Source: an uncultured Desulfatitalea sp. (GTDB lineage Bacteria > Desulfobacterota > Desulfobacteria > Desulfobacterales > Desulfosarcinaceae). From it: a DNA stretch of 64,000 nt. The notes under the pieces are model-generated. The model did not search any database. It was not told the DNA's origin and worked only from the letters and a program-made list of their open reading frames with translations. The DNA lies in assembly GCA_963668675.2 (NCBI GenBank), contig CAXXMB010000001.1:704001-768000 (forward strand), given 5' to 3'. The translations under genes and the position numbers were made by a program. Shown in pieces: positions 45,150 to 56,440 of the stretch; the first letter of the stretch is position 1, and each line of letters starts with the position of its first letter.

Positions 45150-46130
45150 ATGAACGCGAGCACCACATCAACCAAAACCAAAGAGAGCAACCGTCGTTCC
45201 ATCGTGGCAGACCACATGGTTCTGATTGGATTCGGGCTGGCTGTGGTCTATTGGCTGCTCGACTCTTTTCTCTCTCTTTTCCTGTCCTACGACAACTTCC
45301 TGGAGAAAATCGTTGGGGTGGAACTGGACAATATATGGGGAAGGATAATCGTTCTGTGTCTTTTTGCCATTTTCGGATCCCACGCCCAGTTTACCATCAA
45401 CGAGCGTAAAAAGGCGGCCGAAAAGATGGAGCGTGATGCGGCGACGCGAGAAAAATTCAGACGGCTGCTCTCTCCCGATCTTGCGGAGATGGTGGTCAAC
45501 GGGCAGTTGTCGGTACAACAGGGTGGGGAAAACCGCTTGGTGACTGTGATGTTTGCGGATATCAGAGGGTTCACCCAATTGAGCAGTGAGTCCGAAGCGT
45601 CAGAGATCTTGAAGATGCTCAACGACTATTACGAAATTCTGGTAGAGATTGTCTTTCGTCACGTGGGCACCGTCGACAAGTTCATCGGAGACGGCATGAT
45701 GGTCATTTGGGGGGCGCCGGTGACCCATGAGGATGATCCGGCACGGGCCGTTCGCGCGGCTCTCGATATCCAGCGCGCCCTGGAGGCTTTTAATTTTGAC
45801 CGCGCCTCGATGGATAAGGCCCCGATTAAAATCGGCATCGGGATCAACACAGGGGAGGTGGTGGCGGGTTACCTCGGATCCAGCCGGACGATGAGCTACT
45901 CGGTCATCGGCGATACGGTCAATATCGCTTCGCGCCTCTGTGCTGCCGCCAAGCCGGGTGAAATCGTTCTGTCTGAGTACACCCATTTTCTCGTCAAAGA
46001 TGATTTCCAGGTCAAACCGCGGAAAGCCATCATTGCCAAAGGCAAGGATCTTCCGATAAAGGCATACTCCGTGCTCGGATCGAGCAAAATTCGTATGAAT
46101 AATCCACAGGCCGTTCCCGTCAATTCGTGA
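45150..46130 (+). CDS. Class III adenylate cyclase with 2 TM helices
   Basis: VTVMFADIRGFT, VDKFIGDG, IGIGINTG, YSVIGDTVNIASRL; the Lys of DKF favours ATP. Confidence 0.92.
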   Translation: MNASTTSTKTKESNRRSIVADHMVLIGFGLAVVYWLLDSFLSLFLSYDNFLEKIVGVELDNIWGRIIVLCLFAIFGSHAQFTINERKKAAEKMERDAATREKFRRLLSPDLAEMVVNGQLSVQQGGENRLVTVMFADIRGFTQLSSESEASEILKMLNDYYEILVEIVFRHVGTVDKFIGDGMMVIWGAPVTHEDDPARAVRAALDIQRALEAFNFDRASMDKAPIKIGIGINTGEVVAGYLGSSRTMSYSVIGDTVNIASRLCAAAKPGEIVLSEYTHFLVKDDFQVKPRKAIIAKGKDLPIKAYSVLGSSKIRMNNPQAVPVNS

Positions 46131-46199
46131 TATCTTCTACTACTAACATGGGACGAATCGATCGGTTCCGTCCGTCTTGATCGAACGAGGAGGGACGAT

Positions 46200-46670
46200 G
46201 TGATGCGAATTGGATTGGGATACGATGTTCATCGTCTGGTTGACGATCGCCCCTTGATATTGGGCGGCGTTCGGATACCGTTCGAAAAGGGGCTGTTAGG
46301 GCACTCGGATGCGGACGTTCTCACCCATGCGGTTTGTGACGCGTTGTTTGGGGCAGCCGGGATGGGTGACATAGGTGAGCATTTCCCTGATTCGGATCCA
46401 CAATATAAAGGCGTAGATAGCATTTCTTTGCTAAAGCAATGCGTCAAGCTTGTGCGTACCGAGGGGTATGAGGTGCACAATATCGATACCACCATCATTG
46501 CCCAGGAACCGAAGCTGTCGTCATACAAATCCATTATTCTCAAAAATTTGGCCGGGGCGCTGGATATCTCAACCGACCGCATCGCAGTTAAAGCGACCAC
46601 GACAGAGGGATTGGGTTTTGTCGGGCTCGGAGAGGGCATCGCTGCAATGTGTGTCGCGCTGATCGGCTGA
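46200..46670 (+). CDS. ispF: 2-C-methyl-D-erythritol 2,4-cyclodiphosphate synthase
   Basis: MRIGLGYDVH, GHSDADV..HA..DA, GDIG.HFPD, VKATTTE. Confidence 0.97.
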   Translation: MMRIGLGYDVHRLVDDRPLILGGVRIPFEKGLLGHSDADVLTHAVCDALFGAAGMGDIGEHFPDSDPQYKGVDSISLLKQCVKLVRTEGYEVHNIDTTIIAQEPKLSSYKSIILKNLAGALDISTDRIAVKATTTEGLGFVGLGEGIAAMCVALIG

Positions 46671-46739
46671 AACAGATCCCCGATAAAAAGGCTATGCAGA
46701 CATCTTTGAATCCCCCAGTTTGAAATGTGAGACCACAGG

Positions 46740-48734
46740 ATGACTTCATTTCGACTCGTTTCCGATCTCTCCCCAAAAGGGGACCAGCCAGAGGCCATTG
46801 AGCAACTGTGTCAGGGGTTGAGGGAGAATCATACCGATCAGGTGCTGTTGGGGGTTACCGGATCTGGAAAAACCTTCACGATGGCCAACGTGATCGCCGC
46901 GGAAAATCGCCCCTCCATCGTGATTGCACCGAACAAAACCCTTGCGGCACAGCTCTATCAGGAGTTCAGGCAGCTTTTTCCGGAAAATGCTGTCGAGTAT
47001 TTTGTCAGTTACTACGACTATTACCAGCCGGAAGCCTACATTCCCAGCTCGGATACCTACATACAGAAAGACTCTTCGATCAATGACATGATCGATAAGA
47101 TGCGCCATTCGGCCACTCGGTCCGTCCTTTCACGGCGCGATGTTATCGTCGTTGCCAGTGTTTCGTGCATATTCGGTCTCGGTGCACCCGAAGATTACCT
47201 CGGGATGCGCATCGATCTCCACTCCGACATGGAGTTGCCGCGAGACAAACTGCTTCGCGATCTGGTCGCCATGCACTACCAGCGAAACGATATCGATTTT
47301 CATCGAGGCACATTCAGGGTGCGCGGAGATCGGGTGGAAATTTTTCCGGCCTATGAAGAGAACCGGGCGCTACGCATCGATTTCTTTGGCGATCGTCTTG
47401 AATCGATCAGCCATATCGATCCCCTGCGAGGCATTACCCTGCAAAAGGTCGGGCAGGCGACCATCTTTCCGGCCAGCCACTACGTCACCTCCCGTCAAAC
47501 GCTGAACAAAGCCATGCAGTCGATACTTGAAGAGCTGAAGGTGCAGGTGGGGCGCTTCCGCGAGGATAGAAAGCTGATCGAGGCCCAACGGGTAGAGGAG
47601 CGCACTCGATTTGATCTGGAGATGATCCAGGAGCTCGGTTACTGCAACGGCATAGAGAACTACTCGCGGCATCTCACCGGCCGGGAACCGGGGGAACCGC
47701 CGCCAACCCTGCTCGACTATTTTCCGGACGACTATCTGATGTTTCTCGACGAGAGCCATATCGGTATTCCGCAGTTAAGGGCCATGTATCGGGGAGACCG
47801 TTCGCGCAAAGAGACTCTGGTGCAGTATGGATTTCGTCTGCCGTCGGCACTGGACAACCGGCCACTGATGTTTGAAGAGTGGCGCGAGCGGGTGAATCAG
47901 GTGATTTACGTATCGGCTACGCCGGCTGAATACGAAGAGAAGAATGCCGAGGGGCACATCGTTGAGCAGATTGTACGCCCCACCGGGCTGGTCGATCCGC
48001 AAATCGTGATACGGCCGGCGCTACACCAGGTCGACGATCTTTACGGTGAAATTGTGGCTTGCAAGGAGCGCAATGAGCGGGTGTTGATCACAACCCTGAC
48101 CAAACGCATGGCCGAGGACCTGAGCGAGTATTATGCCGATTTGGGCCTTGCCGTGCGCTACCTGCACTCGGACATCAGTACATTGGAGCGGATGGAGATC
48201 ATCCGGGAGTTGCGCATGGGAAAATTCGATGTGTTGGTGGGGATCAACCTGCTTAGGGAGGGTCTCGATATTCCCGAGGTGAGCCTGGTGGCGATCCTGG
48301 ATGCCGACAAGGAGGGATTTTTGCGATCAGTACGGGCGTTGATCCAGACCTTCGGGCGGGCCGCTCGTCATGTGAATGGTACCGTCATCCTATATGCGGA
48401 CACTGAAACCGCCTCAATGCGCAAAGCCATTGATGAGACCGATCGGAGACGCAGCATTCAATCTGATTTTAATACGAAAAACGGAATTCTACCCCAAAGC
48501 ATTCAAAAAGAGATCACAACCATTTTCGACATGGCCTATGAGAACGCGGTCGACACTCCTTCGGAGGCAGGGGAGGCAGTGCCGGACTACCTGCCGGAGG
48601 AAGCGCTGGAACAGACCATCGAAAGGCTTGAAAAAGAGATGCGGCGTGCTGCGCGAGATCTTGAGTTCGAACAGGCAGCGGAGCTGCGTGACAGGATCAA
48701 AGCGCTTAAGAGCAAAATCATATTCGAGTCGTGA
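46740..48734 (+). CDS. uvrB: Excinuclease ABC subunit B
   Basis: [45 protein letters not shown]-terminal UVR domain. Confidence 0.98.
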   Translation: MTSFRLVSDLSPKGDQPEAIEQLCQGLRENHTDQVLLGVTGSGKTFTMANVIAAENRPSIVIAPNKTLAAQLYQEFRQLFPENAVEYFVSYYDYYQPEAYIPSSDTYIQKDSSINDMIDKMRHSATRSVLSRRDVIVVASVSCIFGLGAPEDYLGMRIDLHSDMELPRDKLLRDLVAMHYQRNDIDFHRGTFRVRGDRVEIFPAYEENRALRIDFFGDRLESISHIDPLRGITLQKVGQATIFPASHYVTSRQTLNKAMQSILEELKVQVGRFREDRKLIEAQRVEERTRFDLEMIQELGYCNGIENYSRHLTGREPGEPPPTLLDYFPDDYLMFLDESHIGIPQLRAMYRGDRSRKETLVQYGFRLPSALDNRPLMFEEWRERVNQVIYVSATPAEYEEKNAEGHIVEQIVRPTGLVDPQIVIRPALHQVDDLYGEIVACKERNERVLITTLTKRMAEDLSEYYADLGLAVRYLHSDISTLERMEIIRELRMGKFDVLVGINLLREGLDIPEVSLVAILDADKEGFLRSVRALIQTFGRAARHVNGTVILYADTETASMRKAIDETDRRRSIQSDFNTKNGILPQSIQKEITTIFDMAYENAVDTPSEAGEAVPDYLPEEALEQTIERLEKEMRRAARDLEFEQAAELRDRIKALKSKIIFES

Positions 48735-48741
48735 TAGCGAT

Positions 48742-50595
48742 ATGCCTATTCCGGATGAGACAAAAGCGCCCCATACAGAGAGTCCGGAGCGATTCGCCTC
48801 CCAGGTCGCCCATGTGACCACCGGTCCGGGCGTCTACATCATGCGTGACCTGCAAGGCAAGATTCTATACGTAGGAAAAGCGCGAAACCTCAGAAAGCGG
48901 CTGCAATCCTATTTCCAGAGACAGCGGTCCCACGATCCCAAGACAAGGGTGTTGCTCAGTAAAGTATCCGAATTCGAAACGATCATTACACACACGGAAA
49001 AAGAGGCGTTGATCTTAGAGTCCAACCTGATCAAGCGCCATCGACCGCGTTACAATGTGGTTCTGAAGGACGACAAACGCTACCCTTCGCTGAGGTTAAA
49101 TATCGCTGAAACTTACCCCAACTTGAGTATTGTCCGAAAGATAAAGGATGACGGCGCGCTCTATTTCGGGCCATACGCTTCGACGGGGGCAGTACGGCAA
49201 GCATTGAAATTCATTAATAAAACCTTCAAACTGTGTAAATGCCGATGCAACACCCAGAAAAAGAGGACGCGGCCTTGCCTCAACTATCAAATGGGTCTAT
49301 GCATGGGGCCTTGTGTGTTGGACGTGAACCCTAAGGCATACGGGGATGCGGTTAAAGAGGTCACTGCATTTTTAAGGGGGCGCACACCGGCCCTTATTCG
49401 CAAACTGAAAAAGCAGATGTTGGCCGAGGCCGGGGTTGAAGCGTTTGAAAAGGCGGCCGCTCTCCGGGACAAGATAATTGCCTTGGAAAAAACAGTCGAA
49501 AAGCAGGTCTCGGTAACGGCGGACCACAAAGATCGAGACATATTCGCCCTAGTCGAGGACGACACCATTTCAGCTATGGCACTGCTGCGCGTCAGGGGGG
49601 GATTTCTCTTGGGAAGCCGGGCCTTCTCCTTTGAAGATGCCGTTGGCGAACCTGAAGAGCGGATGGGGAGCTTTATACGGCAGTATTACCAGACGGCACC
49701 ATCCCTTCCCAATGAAATCGTGGTCAGCCATTTGCCATTGGATCTGGATCTGATCGAAGAGCAGCTCAGCGGGATAAGGGGAGGGCGGGTAAACGTCATC
49801 GCACCGAAACGGGGAGACAAAGAGAAGCTGGTCAGGATGGCGATTCAAAACGCCCGACAGACCTTGGTCGAAGAGCGCCGGCTCAGGGATACCCAGTTTG
49901 ATCTCCTCCAGAGATTGTCGCGCAGCCTGCATCTGAAAAGGCTTCCGCGGCGTATCGAGTGTTTTGACAACTCCAGCCTCTCCGGTTCAGATCCGGTTGC
50001 TGCCATGGTGGTGTTCGAGAACGGAAGCCCCAAGCCGTCGGACTACAGGCGATTCAACATTCGATTTAGTGGGAAGCCTGACGACTACGCCCATATGGCC
50101 GAGGTGATACGCCGTCGATTTGAAAAGGGCGATGAGGGGAAACCATGGCCCGATCTGTTGCTGGTCGACGGCGGCAAGGGACAACTCGGCGTGGCCAGGG
50201 CCATTTTGGGTGAGCTGGGAATGACAGGCATCTTTGACGTGGCCGGTATTGCCAAAAAAGATCCGGATGCCGGTGAGACCCAGGACAAAATTTACCTGGC
50301 CGGACGGATCAATCCGGTGCAATTCGGACGTGATAGGGACCTTTTACTGTTGCTGCAGCATGTTCGTGATGAAGCGCATCGCTGTGCGGTTGGTTTCCAG
50401 CGCAAACGGAGGAAAAAGAGCGCCATGCATTCGGTACTCGACAGCATCAGGGGGATCGGCCCCAAACGAAAAGCGTTGCTCATGAAACGGTTTGGAGGGA
50501 TAGAGAAAATGAGACTCGCTACACTGGAAGAGCTTCAGGCCGTAGAGGGGATATCCATGCAGTGCGCAATTGAACTCAAGAAGCGACTGGTCTGA
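48742..50595 (+). CDS. uvrC: Excinuclease ABC subunit C
   Basis: GIY-YIG PGVY...YVGKA.NL, RIECFDNS, DLLLVDGGKGQ, RDEAHR, HhH GIGPKR; ATG 48742. Confidence 0.97.
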   Translation: MPIPDETKAPHTESPERFASQVAHVTTGPGVYIMRDLQGKILYVGKARNLRKRLQSYFQRQRSHDPKTRVLLSKVSEFETIITHTEKEALILESNLIKRHRPRYNVVLKDDKRYPSLRLNIAETYPNLSIVRKIKDDGALYFGPYASTGAVRQALKFINKTFKLCKCRCNTQKKRTRPCLNYQMGLCMGPCVLDVNPKAYGDAVKEVTAFLRGRTPALIRKLKKQMLAEAGVEAFEKAAALRDKIIALEKTVEKQVSVTADHKDRDIFALVEDDTISAMALLRVRGGFLLGSRAFSFEDAVGEPEERMGSFIRQYYQTAPSLPNEIVVSHLPLDLDLIEEQLSGIRGGRVNVIAPKRGDKEKLVRMAIQNARQTLVEERRLRDTQFDLLQRLSRSLHLKRLPRRIECFDNSSLSGSDPVAAMVVFENGSPKPSDYRRFNIRFSGKPDDYAHMAEVIRRRFEKGDEGKPWPDLLLVDGGKGQLGVARAILGELGMTGIFDVAGIAKKDPDAGETQDKIYLAGRINPVQFGRDRDLLLLLQHVRDEAHRCAVGFQRKRRKKSAMHSVLDSIRGIGPKRKALLMKRFGGIEKMRLATLEELQAVEGISMQCAIELKKRLV

Positions 50596-50754
50596 AGAAG
50601 GCCAAATTGGGATGCTGGTGGATTGCCGATGTTTTGACTTGGCATGTGGCATCCGGATTTAGTACAAACCGAAGTTAAGATCATCGATCGATAACACAGG
50701 GAAACAGACCGTCAACATATCATCAACCACAACACTACAAAATGGAGAGCAATT

Positions 50755-51732
50755 ATGAAAAGCCCTGTACGTGTTACCGTAACCGGTGCAGCCGGACAAA
50801 TCAGCTACTCGCTCATCTTTCGTATCGCCCACGGCGATTTGCTGGGGCCCGACCAACCTGTCATTCTGCAATTGCTGGAGATACCGCCGGCCATGAATGC
50901 ACTCAAAGGGGTCGTGATGGAGCTTGAGGATTGCGCATTTCCGCTGCTCGAAGGCGTTGTGGCCACCGACGATCCCAATGTTGGCTTCAAAGAGACGGAT
51001 TATGCGTTTCTGGTTGGCGCACGCCCCCGCAGCGCCGGGATGGAGCGCTCCGATCTGCTTAAGGTGAATGCAGAGATCTTTTCAGTACAGGGAAAGGCGC
51101 TCGACCAACATGCCAGCCGCGATGTGAGGGTGCTGGTGGTTGGGAATCCGGCCAACACCAACGCCCTGATCACATTGAAAAACGCCCCCAGTCTCAACCC
51201 GCGTAACATCACCGCCATGATGCGTCTCGATCACAACCGCTCCCTCTCCCAGCTTGCTGAGAAGACCGGTTCCCATACGACCAAGATCGAGAAGATGGTG
51301 GTCTGGGGCAACCATTCGGCCACCCAGTACCCCGATATCAGCTATGCCACCGTCGAAGGCAGACCCATGACCGAGGAGGTTGACCAGGCTTGGTATGTGG
51401 ATGCGTTTATTCCGACCGTTCAGCAGCGTGGCGCAGCCATCATAAAAGCGCGTGGTGCTTCAAGCGCCGCATCGGCTGCATCTGCCGCGATAGACCACAT
51501 GCACGACTGGGCTCTGGGCAGTGCCGGGAAGTGGGTCAGTATGGGTGTGTACAGTGCCGGCAACTCCTACGGTATTGATAATGATATCATCTACTCGTTT
51601 CCAATTGTGTGTGAAGGTGGGCAGTGGAAAGAGGTGGCGGGTCTCGACGTCGGCGACTTCAGCCGCGAAAGAATGAAGGCCACAGAGAAGGAGCTTCTAT
51701 ACGAGAGGGCGGCGGTAGCCGATCTATTCTAA
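50755..51732 (+). CDS. mdh: Malate dehydrogenase (MDH type 2)
   Basis: [61 protein letters not shown]. Confidence 0.97.
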   Translation: MKSPVRVTVTGAAGQISYSLIFRIAHGDLLGPDQPVILQLLEIPPAMNALKGVVMELEDCAFPLLEGVVATDDPNVGFKETDYAFLVGARPRSAGMERSDLLKVNAEIFSVQGKALDQHASRDVRVLVVGNPANTNALITLKNAPSLNPRNITAMMRLDHNRSLSQLAEKTGSHTTKIEKMVVWGNHSATQYPDISYATVEGRPMTEEVDQAWYVDAFIPTVQQRGAAIIKARGASSAASAASAAIDHMHDWALGSAGKWVSMGVYSAGNSYGIDNDIIYSFPIVCEGGQWKEVAGLDVGDFSRERMKATEKELLYERAAVADLF

Positions 51733-52116
51733 CTTGCAAGGCGCGATTCTTGGGATACGCTGGATAGCCGGGCGCTGCCAGAGAAGTGGGTTTGGTGTAT
51801 GTAAATATGGCTAAACCCATTTCAATTTTGGCCGACATTAGTATTGCAGGAGAGGTGGAGTTGCCGGACACCTTCGAAACGGACAGGCTCTGTTGCAAAA
51901 TGCCACCTGGTTATAGATTGTTTAAATAACTATTAAATATTGACTTTCTATCGTCAAGCGCGATAAAAGTATATTTCTGTACGCACCTGTACGATGACCA
52001 CGGCACGAACCGAATCCCGGGCGAAGGCCATCGCTGGCGCGGTAAACAAGAGATCGGACGTACACTGGCGGCAGCAGGCCGACTATCGATATAGTTTGAC
52101 TATGACGGGGGCCTTA

Positions 52117-53052
52117 ATGGGCATCAAACAGCGACTTAAAGCGATGCTGCAAGAAGCTGAGATCTATCGTTCCCAGGGATTGATTGCCGAAGCGCAAAGC
52201 AAATACAAAGAAGCGGTAAGTTTCGTTAATTCCATCGAAAAACTGAAAAACAGAGAGAGCCTTCTGAAGGCCATCTCTGAAAAGATCAACGCCCTCAAGT
52301 CGACGAAAGAGAAAGTGGACAAGGGGCCCATGACTCCCGAGCTTTCTCAGAAGGCGCAGGATCTGATCAAGAATTTATTTGCCTTCTCCGAGAGCACGGA
52401 TCAGGATAGTGCCGCGCTTGAGGGGGCTGTGGCCCTGGCAAAATTCGGACAGTTCGATCGTGCCCTGACCGAACTCAACGGATTGCTGATCAAAGAGAAG
52501 GTCCGGGTCGAAGCTGCCAAGAACATCATTCAATGTCACCTGGCGTCGGCAAACGCCGAAGAGGCGATCAGCCAGTACCATCAGTGGTACGCAGGCGACC
52601 TTTTTCATGCCAACCAACTGGAGGCCGTAAGGAGTTTTCTAGAGGAAATTTTAGCGAAAAGAGGTGTCGAGGCCACTCTCCCCGCCCCTGTCGAGATGAT
52701 TGAATCCCCGTCTGAAGAAGCTGCCATAGAAATCGAGCCGCAAGCTGAACCGGAAGAGGAGTTTCTGGATATTACATCCATTGGCATTACGTTCGATGCC
52801 GGCCCCCGAAAAGGGAAAATGGTCGAATTCGATGTCAATTTCCAGTCAGGCAACATGCTGAGCTTGATCATATCGAAGCAGGAGCATGAGCTTATCGATA
52901 CCCTTGCGGAGAAAATGGAGTTGAAAGAGGTGCAATTTTTCTCGCCCATTGCCATTTTCAACGGAGCGGGCGTGGTTGCGTCGAAAACCAAAATCAAGAC
53001 TGGACCCAAACAGGGTGATTACTGCGTAGACATTCGTATCGTCAGTACCTAG
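52117..53052 (+). CDS. Hypothetical TPR-like protein with acidic linker and C-terminal beta-rich domain
   Basis: LQEAEIYRSQGLIAEA and AVALAKFGQFDRAL TPR-like pairs; start uncertain (51994, 52102 or 52117). Confidence 0.7.
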   Translation: MGIKQRLKAMLQEAEIYRSQGLIAEAQSKYKEAVSFVNSIEKLKNRESLLKAISEKINALKSTKEKVDKGPMTPELSQKAQDLIKNLFAFSESTDQDSAALEGAVALAKFGQFDRALTELNGLLIKEKVRVEAAKNIIQCHLASANAEEAISQYHQWYAGDLFHANQLEAVRSFLEEILAKRGVEATLPAPVEMIESPSEEAAIEIEPQAEPEEEFLDITSIGITFDAGPRKGKMVEFDVNFQSGNMLSLIISKQEHELIDTLAEKMELKEVQFFSPIAIFNGAGVVASKTKIKTGPKQGDYCVDIRIVST

Positions 53053-53278
53053 ATACGGAGAAATGGCGTCGGCCTCGTGACACGTTTTCGGTTCTGACAA
53101 GGATCAATGCCGATGCGAGTTGAGGTATGCCGCCTGCGCTTCTCACCAAAAAAACCGCCATTCGATGCTGCCCGCTATAGGCACGTGTCGGAAGGAACGC
53201 AACTGTGGGACGTGTGTTGAAGAGAGTTGGTCACACGAATGAAATTTCATCTGAGCTTTTTCTTGGGAGCCTTAAGTT

Positions 53279-53893
53279 ATGGCGATTTTTAATTTAAAGA
53301 AGAGAGAGATTGAATGTAAAGTGGTCTTCTATGGCCCTGGTCGGTGCGGAAAGACAACCAATCTGGAGTATATTTTCGGGGCCTATAAAAAACAAGTCAA
53401 GGGAGAGATGGTCTCTATTAACACAGAGGGCGATCGGACCCTGTTTTTTGACTTTCTGCCCATGGGCTTGGGGCAAATCAGAGGCTGTGATGTGCGCGTC
53501 CAGCTATACACTGTTCCGGGTCAGGTGAAATACAGCTCAACGAGAAAGCTTGTGTTGAGAGGGGTGGACGGCATCGTTTTTGTCGCCGATTCCCTCGAAG
53601 TGAGGCGCGAGAAGAACATGATGTCCCTTAAGGATTTACAGAGCAACCTTAAGGAGTACGGCAAAAGCATATTCAAGGTGCCGCTTGTTATGCAATACAA
53701 CAAACGCGATCTGGCAGAGCAAGGAATCCCGTTGATGCCTGTAGAGCAGATGCAAAGGGACCTGAACCGCCAGCTTAAAGTTCCTGCATTTGAGGGCAGT
53801 GCGGTTAAAGGCGATGGTGTCGGGGTAACCCTGAAAGAGTGTTTGAAGTTGACCCTCCAGTCGCTTCAAAGAGAATTCAAATGGGCACAGTAA
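53279..53893 (+). CDS. mglA: MglA-family small Ras-like GTPase
   Basis: KVVFYGPG.CGKTTNL, DRTLFFDFLP, LYTVPGQV.Y, LVLRGVDGIVFVADS, QYNKRDL. Confidence 0.92.
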   Translation: MAIFNLKKREIECKVVFYGPGRCGKTTNLEYIFGAYKKQVKGEMVSINTEGDRTLFFDFLPMGLGQIRGCDVRVQLYTVPGQVKYSSTRKLVLRGVDGIVFVADSLEVRREKNMMSLKDLQSNLKEYGKSIFKVPLVMQYNKRDLAEQGIPLMPVEQMQRDLNRQLKVPAFEGSAVKGDGVGVTLKECLKLTLQSLQREFKWAQ

Positions 53894-53902
53894 GATAGGA
53901 TC

Positions 53903-55078
53903 ATGCGGGATAGCGTCGTACTGGCGGGGAGCCTTAATTTTTTAGCACTTGGCGATATCATGCAGCTGTTGGGGGCCAACAGCAGTACGGGAATACTGCG
54001 GCTGATCAGCAGATACGCCGCCGATCCGGGATTCATCTATTTTGAAAACGGCAACCCGATCAACGCTGCATGCGGGACTACAACCGGAATAGAGGCTGTA
54101 TACGAATTATTCGGATGGACGGATGGTGAATTCGAATTCACCAAGGAAAATATCCTGACCCAACGCGTGATTACAAAAAGTCGCATGGGCATCATATTAG
54201 AGGGCTTGAAAATGGTCGACGACGGTCAAGTGAAACAAGTAGGGCCCGGTGCTGTGAGCCGAAAGCAGATAGCAACCGGCTCGAGCGATGCAACTCCCAT
54301 CGTCAAGGGGCCAATGGTCGATTACATGTATGTGGCGGACGAAGAAGATTTCTTCGATGGGGAGTACATCGTTGAAGAGGGAAAACATGGCAGTTGGATA
54401 TGGGTCATCCTCGAGGGGGTTGTAGAGATCGTAAGGGAGACGCCTGAAGGCCCGTTGCCTATTGTGCGGCTTGGGGACGGATCGTTCATCGGCAGCCTGT
54501 CCTCTTTTCTCATACAGGGGCATATTCGAACGGCCACAGCGCTGGCGGTCGGCAATGTTCAATTGGGGGTGCTCGACTCACAGCGGCTTGCGCAGGAATT
54601 TGCACAGTTGACCCCGGAATTCAGGGGATTTCTTGTCAGTCTGGACAAGCGGTTGAAACAGCTTAACGAGCGAGCTATCGAGCTGCGTCAGAAACAGTTG
54701 AGCACCGACGGGTATATCGACAACAAGAAGCCGGTCATCAAGCAAGGTTCAACAGAAGAAGATCTCTACATCATTCGAGAGGGAAACAGTTCTATCGTAC
54801 GCCATGATGAAATCGGACAGATCCCTTTGGTGCAGCTATACAAAGGAGACTATTTCGGAAACATGCCGTTTTTGGATCTTGGCCACGAACCGGAGTTTGC
54901 CTCTGTATTGGCCAACAAAGATCTCAAGGTCAGAAAAGTGGAGATTGCAAAGATCCAGAAGGAGTATAACAACTTGTCAACAACCTTTAAAAATTTCATC
55001 GATAATGTCTCCACTTGCATTTCGGTGAGCACGAAGGTTGTATGCAATTACTATAAAAAGTACGGCCTGAGGAAATAA
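53903..55078 (+). CDS. PATAN/DUF4388 domain plus two cyclic-nucleotide-binding domains
   Basis: L.GSL....LGDIMQLL....TG.L...G.IYF.NG....A...G.EA..ELF.W.DGEFEF; cNMP folds IVEEG...ILEG.VEI...G.FIG...RTATA and IKQG...IREG...GDYFG. Confidence 0.85.
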   Translation: MRDSVVLAGSLNFLALGDIMQLLGANSSTGILRLISRYAADPGFIYFENGNPINAACGTTTGIEAVYELFGWTDGEFEFTKENILTQRVITKSRMGIILEGLKMVDDGQVKQVGPGAVSRKQIATGSSDATPIVKGPMVDYMYVADEEDFFDGEYIVEEGKHGSWIWVILEGVVEIVRETPEGPLPIVRLGDGSFIGSLSSFLIQGHIRTATALAVGNVQLGVLDSQRLAQEFAQLTPEFRGFLVSLDKRLKQLNERAIELRQKQLSTDGYIDNKKPVIKQGSTEEDLYIIREGNSSIVRHDEIGQIPLVQLYKGDYFGNMPFLDLGHEPEFASVLANKDLKVRKVEIAKIQKEYNNLSTTFKNFIDNVSTCISVSTKVVCNYYKKYGLRK

Positions 55079-55118
55079 CTGGAGAAGTTAACTGATAACT
55101 CAATCAGGTGAATACGTT

Positions 55119-55472
55119 ATGACGAATGAAGAGAAGAGAAAACACTCACGTATCGATTCTGTCAATTTATTGAACTACGTCTATTTTGATGAAAACGAGG
55201 ATGAAGAGAATCAGGGAATGGGGCGGACATTGAATGTGTCCGAATCGGGTATCTTACTGGAAACACACAGCCCTATGGATGCAAGGCGCGTCGTCTCCCT
55301 GACCATTGGCTTCAGAGAAGACGTGGTCGATATCAAAGGTCGGGTTGTCTATATGCGAAAGAAGGAAGACGGCATGTTCGAGTCGGGTATCGAGTTTTTT
55401 GATTTGAACGAATCGGCAGACGCCGTCCTGAAGAGATATATAGAGGCATTTAACAGGAACAAGAAAGACTGA
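55119..55472 (+). CDS. Single-domain PilZ protein
   Basis: RKHSR (RxxxR) plus NVSESG ((D/N)xSxxG), G.VV, GIEF. Confidence 0.9.
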   Translation: MTNEEKRKHSRIDSVNLLNYVYFDENEDEENQGMGRTLNVSESGILLETHSPMDARRVVSLTIGFREDVVDIKGRVVYMRKKEDGMFESGIEFFDLNESADAVLKRYIEAFNRNKKD

Positions 55473-55552
55473 TAGTTGTTCTGTGGGATCTAAAAACACT
55501 TCGTTCGGGGCAAATATATTCGGACGACCTGGAAAAAGGAATAGATGATCCA

Positions 55553-56440
55553 ATGGTGATGGAGACCGAATTAGAGGGGCTGAAGCTTATCAAGCGCGGC
55601 AAGGTAAGGGATATTTACGACATGGGCGATTCCTTCCTGATGGTCGCCTCTGACCGTATATCGGCATTCGACGTCGTTATGCCGCAGCTGATACCCGACA
55701 AGGGAAAGATTTTGAACCTGATCTCTATGCACTGGTTCGATATTATGTCCGAATTGGTCCCAAATCATGTAATTGCCAATGATGTGGCGTCGTTCCCTCA
55801 GAAATGCCAGCCCCATGCCGAGCTGCTGGCGGACCGCTCCATGTTGGTGAAAAAAGCGGAGCCACTGCCAATTGAATGTGTGGTGCGTGGATATATCTCC
55901 GGTTCCGGATGGAAATCCTATCAGAAAAGTCAAAGCGTATGTGGAATAGATCTGCCCGGAGGGCTTTTGGAGTCGGACCGCCTGCCTGAACCCATTTTTA
56001 CGCCATCCACCAAGGAGGAGGTAGGGGTTCACGACATCAATATCGATTTTGAAGAGGCCAGCCGACGAGTCGGCAGAGCAATGGCTGAAAAGGTGCGCGA
56101 GCTCTCTCTGGCCATCTATAATAAAGGTGCCGAACTGGCTCTTGAAAAGGGAATTGTTATCGCTGACACCAAATTCGAGTTCGGTCTTGTGGAGGGGGAA
56201 CTCATTCTCATCGATGAGGTGCTCACACCGGATTCGAGTCGGTTCTGGCCCCAGGATCTGTATAAGCCCGGTGGCCCACAACCCAGTTTTGACAAGCAGT
56301 ATTTGCGCGACTATCTCGATTCCATTAAATGGAACAAACAGCCGCCTGCCCCCAATCTGCCCGAGGACGTGATTGCCAACACGCGCATAAAGTATATAGA
56401 GGCGTTGCACGTCATCACCGGCAGTACCCATGGAATTTGA
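55553..56440 (+). CDS. purC: SAICAR synthase
   Basis: [57 protein letters not shown]. Confidence 0.97.
   Translation: MVMETELEGLKLIKRGKVRDIYDMGDSFLMVASDRISAFDVVMPQLIPDKGKILNLISMHWFDIMSELVPNHVIANDVASFPQKCQPHAELLADRSMLVKKAEPLPIECVVRGYISGSGWKSYQKSQSVCGIDLPGGLLESDRLPEPIFTPSTKEEVGVHDINIDFEEASRRVGRAMAEKVRELSLAIYNKGAELALEKGIVIADTKFEFGLVEGELILIDEVLTPDSSRFWPQDLYKPGGPQPSFDKQYLRDYLDSIKWNKQPPAPNLPEDVIANTRIKYIEALHVITGSTHGI

Noticed and set aside
48376..48741. N-terminal extension of the uvrC ORF in the track
   Set aside because: Overlaps the uvrB 3' end; UvrC similarity begins only after ATG 48742
53180..53210. GTCGGAAGGAACGC resembling the SRP RNA conserved loop
   Set aside because: Lacks the CAGG...GCAGC internal-loop pairing and the long enclosing helix
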